Assembly (NCBI RefSeq): GCF_009914755.1
Contig: NC_060930.1
Strand: one strand, 5' to 3'
Source: the human T2T-CHM13v2.0 reference genome, Homo sapiens
Length of the DNA stretch: 64,000 nucleotides
The notes below the pieces were generated by a model. That model had not been told where the DNA came from and searched no databases. It saw only the letters and a list, made by a program, of their open reading frames with translations. The first letter of the stretch is position 1. Each line of letters begins with the position of its first letter. A program made the translations under genes and the position numbers. Positions 29,830-39,979 of the stretch are shown here, piece after piece.

Positions 29830-31056
29830 AGGTTAAGATGGCTGACTAGATGCAGCCAGGAAGTGCAGCTCCCACTGAGAGAGACCAAATTTTAGAGTAA
29901 ACCACTGTAATCTGGGCAGATCTTCGGAGAGAAAACGCTCAGATTGGGTTGAGAGGCAATGTTAAATTGAAGGGTGAAGAGTAAGGAAGCTGGCAGCCCT
30001 GTGCTGGGTACCTGAATACCAGGGCTAGTTCCCAGCCCCGAATGGCTCTTGAGAAAGGGGTGAATGAGGAACTGAGGGAAGGCTCACTCTCACCGCCAGC
30101 CTCTGGGATCCTAGATCCTAGTTACAGAACTCTGTGTCTCCCATGGATGTGTGAGCTGGCAGGGGCATCTCCCTGGGGAGCAGGCAGAGACAGGCCGTTG
30201 GACAGCATGGAGCCCAAAAGTTTTCATGCACTGGGGAGCTCCAGCAGAGAGCAGCCATAGAGCTGCTCTGTGGGGAGGGCTCTTCATCCCTTTCTGGGAG
30301 GTGTGGACCCCAGCTGACCTTCAAGCTAGGAGAGAGTGAAACCAGCTTCCCTGTGGGACTAGAGCACATCTATTCTGCAAGGCTTCCTGCCTGCTGGCCC
30401 CACCCAGGGTCACGCTTAGCCACCCTGTAGGAGTGAGTGCACAGCACAGCCCCTGCAGCACAGCCTGAGTATGTTGCTCTACCTGAGTACTTTCCTAGTG
30501 ACTTGGAAGCACATTGGATCCTCCCAGTACAGCTGGAATGCCAACCTAATCCACAGGCTGTCCCAGTGCCCCCAGGGCTGCTTCATGCAGCATTTTGGGA
30601 GTAGGTAGCCAAGATCTGTGGCCAGCACTCAAGTCAGGTAGAAGGGGGCAAGATCTTCAGGTTACTGGGCTGGGGTGGGAGGGGAGCAGGGTATGCCTAC
30701 CTCCACAGAGTTGATCCAGAGATAGTGAGGCATATCTTCCTCCTGCAGCCCCTGATCAAGAAGGCCCCAGAGCCTGAAACACCTAACAAAAGAAACATGG
30801 GCACAGCATCAGTGACTGGAAGGAGGCTCCCCCAAGGCCCAGGAGCAGACCTGGTGAGGGGGCCATGTCTCTCCCCCGCCCACTGCGGAGCATGCCTGGG
30901 AACATGAGGAAGAACAAAAGAGCCTCATGGTGGGGTATTAACTTACCTAATTAATGGCCATTACTCCTAAGCACCATCTAATGGATTGCATTGAGACTAC
31001 AGCACCAAAAATTTATCCCACTACTATATGCTCCTTTGAAATCCAGCACAAGAATT
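29830..31056 (+). mobile_element. 5'UTR of an old primate L1 (L1PA15/16-L1PB age), interrupted by the MER41 provirus
   Basis: Starts aagatggctgactagatgcagcc (L1 5' terminus motif), GC-rich, ends abruptly at the LTR TG. Confidence 0.7.
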
Positions 31057-31614
31057 TGTTACCAGAAAGTGGTCCCAATTCAGACCCCAAGAGAGGGTTT
31101 TTGGATCTCTTGCAAGAAAGAATTCAAGATGAGTCCATAAATTGAAAAAGCAAGTTTATTAAGAAAGTAAAGGAATAAAAGAATAAAAGAATGGCTACTC
31201 CATAGACAGAGCAGCCCCAAGGGCTGGTGGTTGCCCATTTTTATAGTTATTTCTTGATTATATGCTAAACAAGGGATGGATTATTTATGCCTCCCCTTTT
31301 TAGAACACATAGGGGTAACTTGTTGACATTGTATGGCACTTGTAAACTGTCATGGTGCTGGTGAGAGTGTAGCAGTCAGGATGACCTGAGGTCACTCTCA
31401 TTGCCATCTTGGTTTTGGTGGGTCTTAGCCAGCTTCTTTACTGCAGCCTGTATAATCAGCAAGGTCTTTATAATCTGTACCTTGTGCCAACCTCCTATCT
31501 CATCCTGTGAATTGGAATGCCTAACCGTCTGGGAATGCATTCCAGTAGGTCTCAGCCTTATTTTACCCAGCCTTTATTCAAGATGGAGTTGCTCTGGTTC
31601 AAACGCCTTTGACA
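31057..31614 (-). mobile_element. MER41A 3' LTR
   Basis: Reverse complement starts TGTCAAAGGCGTTTGAACCAGAGCAACTCCATCTTGAATA (MER41 start). About 558 bp, lacks the tandem GAS segment of MER41B, and is adjoined by a polypurine tract (tttcccccctccc on + strand). Confidence 0.9.
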
Positions 31615-31792
31615 TTTCCCCCCTCCCTTAAAAGAACCCTTAATCTTAAGGGTTACAGAGGGATGAAGATCAATCTTCTGTAACTTCTTGATGCTGAAAA
31701 GAAGCGATGACATTCCTCCCTAATTGTCAGGGTGTCTTGCATTCAGGGTAGAGAGGAGCTCAGTCAGAAATCATCGGTATGTCAAGGGCCAT

Positions 31793-32023
31793 TTATAATT
31801 CTTGAGTTCTGACAGAATGTGATATCTGGAATATTAATAAGTATTTAAGAAAACATTCAGTAAGACTATTCTGCATTCCTGCACAAAGAGTACAACAGCA
31901 ATATATTTCACAATGGTAAAGCAAGATCAGCAAAATTATCCCAAGTAAACTAAATAAGAAGGTTTTCCATGAACTCGGCAACTGCTGGAACCAAGCTGAT
32001 ATGGGGTTACTAGCTGATTCCAC
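31793..32023 (-). pseudogene. env transmembrane/cytoplasmic-tail remnant of the provirus
   Basis: ORF ...SAWFQQLPSSWKTFLFSLLGIILLILLYHCEIYCCCTLC...: Trp-rich membrane-proximal segment, hydrophobic anchor and Cys cluster, just before the PPT/3' LTR. Confidence 0.55.
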
Positions 32024-32662
32024 TATGTGTCCAGAATTAGAATATTGATCTAATTTCTACATTATCCATCCCTTTTGTTTTTTTTTCTGAGTAGCAGCCA
32101 GAGATCACTGGTTGGTTCACAGGAGTAAGCAGGGTTAGTCTAAATTGTAGGAAAAACCTCAAAAACAACTGATGAGACTAGAATTTAATAACAAGTGTAC
32201 CACAGTTCTTGAAACATAATTTTTTTCGTCTCTTCAGTTTTATATTTTTACTAAAGACATAGTGGTAAGACCAAGTTGTTTTATTATACTTGGCCTATTT
32301 GTATAAAGTGCAGCAAGAATAATTATTTTTCACATAAGCTGTTTTTAAATTGGCTCTGATGGAACTCTGTTCCATGAAAGGAATCTTAGATAAGACTTCT
32401 TAAAAGCTGAGCCCTGCCATGGGTTTGTACCCTCAAGGACCTAGGAGTTGGGTAAATTCCTCTCCTTTTATGGTCTGAAGATAACTTAGGGCTCCTGGGC
32501 CTGTCATACAGTGACATTTTGTTACTTACCACAGGTCAGGAACCCTGTACAGGAACTGTGTAGACAAGGTATGAGGCCAGTTTTCCCAAGGGTCTTTTAT
32601 TGGCTCTATAAGTTAAGTTTGATTCCTCAAAGGAAAGCACACCATTTCAGTTAAAGCCTTGG

Positions 32663-35600
32663 TGTATTAGTCTATTCTCACACTGCTGATAAAGACATAC
32701 CTGATATTGGGTAATTTATAAAGGAAAGGGGTTTAGTTGACTCACAGTTCCACATGGCTGGAGAGACCTCACAATCATGATGGAAGAGCAGGGGAGGTCT
32801 TACAAGGCAGCAAGCAAAAGAGAACATGTGTAGGGAAACTCCTCTTTATAAAACCATCAGATCGCGTGAGACTTATTCACTGTCACGTGAACAGCCTGGG
32901 GAAGACCCACCCCCATGATTCAGTTACCTCCCACCGGGTCCCTCCCATGACGTGGGAATTATGGAACCTACAATTCAAGATGAGATTTGAGTGGGGGCAC
33001 AGCCAAACCATATCATTCCACCCCAGCCCCTCCCAAATACCATGTCCTCACATTTCAAAACCAATCATCCCTTCCCAGCAGCCCCCCAAAGTCTTAACTC
33101 ATTTCAGCATTAACTAAAAAGTCCACAGTCCAAAGTCTCATCCAAGACAAGGCAAGTCCCTTACACCTGTGAGCCTGTAAAATCAAAAGCAAGTTAGTTA
33201 CTTCCTAGATACAGTGGAGCTACAGGCATTGAGTAAATACACTCGTTCCAAACAGAAGTTGGCCAAAACAGAAGGGCTACAATGCCCATACAAGACTGAA
33301 ATCTAGCGAGGCAGTCAAATCTTAAAGCTCCAAAATGATCTTCTTTGACTCCATGTCTCACATCCAGGTCAGGCTAATGCAAGAGGTGGGTTCCCATGGT
33401 CTTGGGCAGAGCTGCCCCTGTGGCTTTGCAGGGTACAGCCCCTCTCCTGGCCACTTTCTCAGGCTGGCATTGAGTGTCTGTGGCTTTTCCAGGTGCACAG
33501 TGGAAGCTGTCAGTATATCTACCATTTTGGGGTCGAGAGGACGGTGGCCCTCTTCGCACGCTCCACTAGGGAGCACCCCAGTGGGGACTCTGTATGGGGA
33601 CTCCCATGTTACATTTTCCTTCCACACTGACCTAGCACAGTTTCTCCCGGAGGGTTCTACCTCTGCAGCACACCTCTGCCTGGACATCCAGATATTTCCA
33701 CACATCCTCTGAAATCTAAGCCTAGGTTCCCAAACTGCAATTCTTGATGTTTCTGCACCTGCAGGCTTAACACTACGTGGAAGCTGCCATGGCTTGAGGC
33801 TTGCACCCTCTAAAGCCACAGCCCAAGCTGTGCCTTGGCCCCTTTTAGCCACAGCTGGAGTGGCTAGAATGCAGGGCATCAAGTCCCTAGACTGCACACA
33901 GCAGGGGCTGGCCTGGCCCAGGAAACCATTTTTTGCTCCTAGGCCTCTAGGCCTGTGATGGAAGGGGCCACCGTGAAGGTCTCTGACATGCCCTGGAGAC
34001 ATTTTCCCATTGTCTTGGTGATTAACATTGGGCTCCTTATTATTCAAATTTCTGCAGCTGGCTTGAATTTCTCCCCAGGAAATGGGTTTTTCTTTTCTAT
34101 TGCATTGTCAGTCTGCAAATTTTCCAAACTTTTATGCTCTGTTTCCCTTTTAAAACTGAATGCTTTTAACAGCACCCAAGTCACCTCTTGAATGCTTTGC
34201 TGCTTAGAAATTTCTTCCACCAGATACCCTAAATCATCTCCCTCATGTTCAAAATTCCACAAATCTCTAGGGCAGGAGCAAAATACCACCAGTCTCCTTG
34301 TATAACAAGAGTAACGTTTACACCATTTCCCAACAAGTTCTTCATCTCTATCTGAGACCACCTCAGCCTGGACCTTATTGTCCATATCACTATCCGCATT
34401 TTGGTCAAAGCCATTCAACAAGTCTCTAGGAAGTTTCAAACTTTCCCACATTTTCCTGTCTTCTTCTGAGCCCTCCAAACTGTTCCAACCTCTGCCTATT
34501 ACCCAATTCCAAAGTCAGTTCCACATTTTCACATAGCATCTCACTTTACTGGTGTTACAGGAAGTCAGGGACCCCGAATGGAGGGACCGGCTGGAGCTGC
34601 GGCAGAGGAACATAAATTGTGAAGATTTCATGGACATTTATCGGTTCTCAAATAATACTTTTATAATTTCTTATGCCTATCTTTACTTTAATCTCTTAAT
34701 CCTGTTATCTTCATAAGCTGAGGATATACTTCACCTCAGGACCATGGTGATAATTGTGTTAACTGTACAAATTGATTGTAAAACATGTGTTTGAACAATA
34801 TGAAATCAGTGCACCTTGAAAAAGAACAGAATAACAGTGACTTTTAGGGAACAAGGGAAGACAACCGTTAGGTCTGACCGCCTGTGGGGTTGGACAAAAA
34901 GAGCCATATTTTTCTTCTTGCAGAGAGCCTATAAACCGATGTGCAAGTAGGAGACATATCGCTAAATTATTTTCCTAGCAAGGAATATTTATATCAATGC
35001 CCTGGGAAAGGAATGCATTCCTGGGGGAGGTCTATAAACGGCCACTCTGGGAGTGTCTGTCTTATGTGCTTGAGATAAGGACTGAGATACACCCTGGTCT
35101 CCTGCAGTACCCTCAGACTTATTAGGGTGGGGAAGAACTCCGCTCTGGTAAATTTGTGGTCAGACCGGTTCTCTGCTCTCAAACCCTGTTTTCTGTTGTT
35201 TAAGATGTTTATCAAGACAACACATGCATCACTGAACATAGACCCTTATCAGTAGTTCTCCTTTTGCCCTTTGGCTTGTGACCTTTATTGGACCCTTATC
35301 AGTGGTTCTGCTTTTTCCTTTTGTCCTGTTCCCTCAGAAGCATGTGATCTTTGTTCTGCTTTTTGCCTTTTAAAGCCTGTGATCTTTGTACCTACTCCCA
35401 GTTTTACACCCCCTCCCCTTTTGAAACCCTTAATAAAACACTTGCTGGTTTGAGGCTCAGGTGGGCATCACAGTCCTACCGATATGTGATGTCACCCCCA
35501 GCAGCCCAGCTGTAAAATTCCTCTCTTTATACTGTCTCTCTTTATTTCTCAGCTGGCCAGAACTTATGGAAAATAGAAAGAACTACATTGATATATTGGG

Positions 35601-35997
35601 GGTGGGTTCCCTCGATATACTGGTATCAATTTACTGTATTAGTGTGTTCTCATACTTCCGATAAAGACATACCTGAAACTGGGTAATTTATAAGGATAAA
35701 GGATATAATGGACTTACACTTCCACATGGCTGGGGAGGCCTCATAATCATGGCAGAAGACAAAGGAGGAGCAAAGTCACATCTCGTGTGGTGGCAGACAA
35801 GAGAGAGTGTGTGCAGGGGATCTCCCCTTTATAAAACCGTCAGATCTCATGATACTTACTCACTATCACAGAACAGCATGGAAAAGACATGCCCCCATGA
35901 TTCACTTACCTCCCACCGGATCTCTCCCATGACATGGGAATTATGGGAGCTACAGTTCAAGATGAGATTTGAGTGGTGACACAGCCAAATCGTATTA
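32663..35997 (-). mobile_element. Full-length THE1 (THE1C-like) MaLR element: LTR 32663-33015, internal region, LTR 35635-35997
   Basis: Both LTRs read tgtattagt...cagccaaa(c/t)c(a/g)tat(c/t)a; THE1-int sequence between them; exact 5-bp TSD CTTGG at 32658-32662 and 35998-36002. Confidence 0.95.
34553..35617 (+). mobile_element. MER11 (HERV-K11/HML-8) solo LTR inserted in THE1-int
   Basis: Starts tgttacaggaagtcagggaccccgaatggagggaccggctg, ends ggggtgggttccctcgata; 6-bp TSD TACTGG at 34547-34552 and 35618-35623; AATAAA at 35432. Confidence 0.93.
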
Positions 35998-36168
35998 CTT
36001 GGTAAAATAACCAGTTTCTCCAATTGTGTCCTGTTACCAGAAAAAAAAAAAAAAAGATTCTTATTGCACTTACACTAATAAGTATATTGTCATAAGTTAA
36101 GAATACTCACAACTAGTTTGCAAATTTGGAGAAAGTAGGTAGAAACAAATACGCTCCAAATTTTGTTC

Positions 36169-36349
36169 AGGGGAACTCCTCTTTATAAAACCATCAGATC
36201 TTGTGAGACTTATTCACTATCATGTGAATGGTCCGGGGAAGACCCACCCCCATGATTCAGTTACCTCCCACCGGATCCCTCCTATGACACGTGGGAATTA
36301 TGGAACCTACAGTTCAAGATGAGATTTGAGTGGGGGCACAGCCAAACCA
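36169..36349 (-). mobile_element. Partial (about 180 bp) third copy of the THE1 LTR
   Basis: Close match to 32832-33010; no TSD and no complete LTR termini. Confidence 0.88.
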
Positions 36350-38534
36350 GTAATGTAAAATACAGGAGTATACTTTACTCAATTGTTAAAAGCTATTAAT
36401 ACCTCAAAAGTTTCCTTGATGCTGCAAAACAAAACAAAGGATCAGCAATGTTTGAAGCAAAGTCAACAAGATTACTTTAGTGTTCTATTAGTTCAGTTCA
36501 TGCAGTTAACTCCTGTTCTGCTTGATATTTATGAACATTTCACCTGTCTATGAGAGTCCTGAAAGTTTTTTACCTCTATTCTAATGTTACAATCACCATA
36601 GTTATCAGAAACCTGCATTTAAGTGCACCTGTCAAAGTCTTATAGCTGATTATAAACCACCTTTTGAAGAGGATTAAAACAAGACAACAATTGTCTGTGA
36701 ATGATAAAATGTCTTAGGAAAAAACCACAGTCAAAAACACAATTGACAAGGAAATTTGGTTACCTCTGTGGCATACAGTGATTTTATGTAGCCATTATAA
36801 TTATTAATAACATACAGTTATTCATATTGGAATTGTAGGAGTTTCCCATAAGTTTGGAACACATATGAAACATATTTATACAAATACAGTCCAAAGACAA
36901 CATCACTCCTGTATGATTTTAATATATCAAATAAGCCAAATTTTACCTTTACATTAGTGTGCTATTATTGATAAACCAAATTTTTAATAAAACCTTATAA
37001 ACAAATCTGTTTAACCTTAATTAATTTGACCATAAGGTAATAGTCTCATAAACCTTTTATAACCCTTTACATTTTTTTTTAATGAGCAGATCAGTGCTAT
37101 GAAAAACCTGTTGTGCTTTTATTCCAATGTTTAATTTATGGAAAAACTGAATGATGCCCTTTTAACTTTAGCCAATATGTTCACACACAGAATCTCTTTT
37201 ACAATTAATTTTTCACAAACCTTCCACAACTGGCTTAAACCTTCAGCTTTATTTTATCTAACTTAAAACAATTATTTAACCTTTTAATCTTAGGGAAAAA
37301 AATCCTCATTCCCCTGCCTTCTTATAATCTTTTACCAAAAAACACATTTCACTTTCTTTACACAGCTTGCATGTAAAACTGTTTTTAGTAGTCTCAATTA
37401 TGTGTTATAGCGTTAACTCTTAGTGACTTTTACTTTTGATGAAAACCTTGGTAAGAGATTTTAATTAGGTACTAGGTGTGGAGTCTAGGACAATGGAGAG
37501 AAGTGCAGATAAGGGCGACTGTTTCCAGCATAGCAAGGGGGCATGGCTTTCCACATGTCCCAGGTCTTATGTAATACACAATGATCCAATGTAGGTAAAT
37601 TGAACAGTTTTCCAAAGTCAAAGAAGCAGTTTATGACCCTAAACTACTTAGAAAACCTAATATCTGACCTGCCTAATTTGGACCAAATGTTTAAATTTTG
37701 AAGATATCTTTATTTTGTCAATAATTTTTGAAACTGCCTTCATTTCCAAAAGATTACTAAAGTCATATGAAGTAAATGACATTACACATTTTACTTTTCT
37801 GACAAACTATTTGATTTAAGCACTTACTATTTTTAAACTAATCAAAGTTTTTTCATATATAAACATCGCACACACACACACCATGTACAAATACATAGAG
37901 AGACAGAAGGTCCAGTAGTTGTAAGATTTTTCATTTCCAGTTTTTAAGTTTCTCTTTAAAGCATGCCTTTTCCAGGGTCTAATAAGCAGACACAGCTGGA
38001 AAGCAAAACTGATTTCCAAAAATTAAGGGTCCCATTTTTATTACCAGATCCTGGATCTCAAAAAGATGGAATTAACCAGCCTCCCATGGGAATCTTACCT
38101 CTCAGTGGAGAGTGAGGACATTTCCATAACTTGTAGGTGGCCAAGACCATGTTTCTCTGATCCATACTTGCAGAGATGAGTATCTCCCATAACTGCCATT
38201 AGCTAGCCCCAAAAGTATATTTCCTACCTAGTTATTACATACCAAAGCTCTCTCATAATGTGAAGCAATTTCTGATGCCCCCAGTGTCAAAAATGTCACA
38301 CAATGCAGTGCAAAACAGAACAGAGCCTTAAATTTTGAGAGGGATTTATCCACTTCCAATTCCTGGGCTTTTATGAGAAAAACAGAGGATTTTTTTTTTC
38401 CCCCAAAATAGGGTCTGTGCTGCCTCCTCTGTTTTTTTCAAGGAGTCCCAGGCTGTTAGAGCTTGAATATATGCTTTTAATTAAGCTGATGTTTAACTAT
38501 AGCACTCTTTAAAAAATGCCCTTTTAAATTTCTT

Positions 38535-38824
38535 TCTTTTTTTTTCCTAGACAGAGTCTCACTCTGTCACCCTGGCTGGAGTGCAGTGACACAATCTCTG
38601 CTCACTGCAACCTCTGCCTCCTGTGTTCAAGTGATTCTCATACCTTAGCCTCTCAAGTAGCTGGGATTACATGCATGTACCACCATGCCTGGCTAACTTT
38701 AGTATTTGTGGTAGAGACAGGGTTTTGCCATGTTGGCCAGGCTGGTCACACCTGGCCTCAAGTGATCCACTTGCCTCGGCCTCCCAAAATGCTGGGATTA
38801 CAGGCATTAGCCACCATGCCTGCC
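38535..38824 (-). mobile_element. Alu (old S/J) inside MER41-int
   Basis: Alu consensus; TSD ccttttaaatttctt on both sides. Confidence 0.93.
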
Positions 38825-39844
38825 CCTTTTAAATTTCTTATTACCTGATTTTAGCCATACCAAGTGGCCAATATGTCTGGCTTTTGGGCTTTACCAAATG
38901 TAACCTCCAAGTGCTCAGAGAATGGAAAAATTCAAGTTTTGTGGAGGAGAGGAGAATTAACAAATGGTAAAGGTAGAACAGATATCAAATCAGAAAGGAC
39001 TCATTCCCTAAGCCAGGCCACCATTGTGATGATGGAGACCAAAAGAAAGTACTGCCACATGGTTACAGGTTCATGTTCCCAAGGACATTTCTCAATGTGT
39101 GGTCTCTGGGCAAGATGGTCACCCTAAGTAACAGAGAAGATTGGAAAAGGAAAGGAGAGAGAGGAAAGCGTTGCCTGTGGCAGGGTGGGGAAGATGAAGA
39201 GTTCAGTGAGGCCAAAGAAAGACCCACTCATTGCAGCCAACGCTGAATCAGAAGTTCAGTCTGCTGTTTGTTGGTCATGAAAGGATCTTTTCTGGCAGTC
39301 CCATCAGCTCTTAAGTTTCCCCCTTTAGGGAGAGAAAAAGCGCCCCATGTCCTATGGTCCCGTATATGCCTAATTCTGTCACCCATAGCCGTCAACAAAG
39401 ATTGCAAGGCAGATTAATCCAAAGAGAATACCAGTTAACATCCCATAGTGCCAAACCCATTCTTAACTGAGAGGTACTTTACTGAAAGGGTCTTCTAACT
39501 CCCTAAATTTTAGGAAGGACTCTAACCTTCCTAAGTTGAGCCTCAAACCAAGTTTGCTCAAGCATCCTTGCCTTTTATTAAGAGGGGCCTTTAACCCACT
39601 CTGTCTTAGGAGAGACTCTTAATTCCCCTAAATTGAGTCTTTAACCCAATCCCATTCTTTACCCAGGCAAATGCACCCCACTTACCCAAAAGTCAGCCAG
39701 TTGGTGTGTGTGTGCAGATGATTTTCCTTTGGGTCGGAGGGTCTCCTCAATATGGTCCCTTCTGTGTTTGGCCAGAAAGATGTTACCAGACGCCACCACT
39801 TACCTCAAGTTAGCCTTTGGTTCGGGGGTTTCCTCAGTATTTTT

Positions 39845-39859
39845 CCATCTGGGTCACCA
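39845..39859 (-). other. Primer-binding site, tRNA-Arg-like (TGGTGACCCAGATGG)
   Basis: Immediately follows the 5' LTR end (...gtaacatctttc TGG...); complementary to a tRNA-Arg 3' end as I recall it (CCATCTGGGTCGCCA, 1 mismatch). Confidence 0.65.
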
Positions 39860-39865
39860 GAAAGA

Positions 39866-39979
39866 TGTTACTGGAAGGGGGTCCCAATCCAGACCCCAAG
39901 AGAGGGGTTCTTGGATCTCGTGCAAGAAAGAATTTGAGGTGAGTCCATAAAGTGAAAGCAAGTTTATTAAGAAAGTAAA
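39866..39979 (-). mobile_element. Truncated MER41A 5' LTR (U5/R end only)
   Basis: Matches 31057-31170, then joins abruptly to L1 ORF1 sequence. Confidence 0.9.

Larger units (their letters stand above)
31615..39865 (-). mobile_element. MER41/MER4-group ERV1 internal region (non-autonomous, interrupted by THE1, MER11 and Alu)
   Basis: Lies between two MER41 LTR sequences, with PPT at one end and PBS at the other; AT-rich MER4-int-like body. Confidence 0.85.

Noticed and set aside
31057-31614. MER41 as an interferon-gamma/STAT1 enhancer
   Set aside because: This copy is MER41A-sized and I see no tandem TTCCNGGAA (GAS) segment, which is the MER41B feature
33335-34478. Long ORFs of 229, 144 and 125 aa
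   Set aside because: They lie wholly in THE1 internal sequence and are broken MaLR ORF remnants or antisense frames, not host genes
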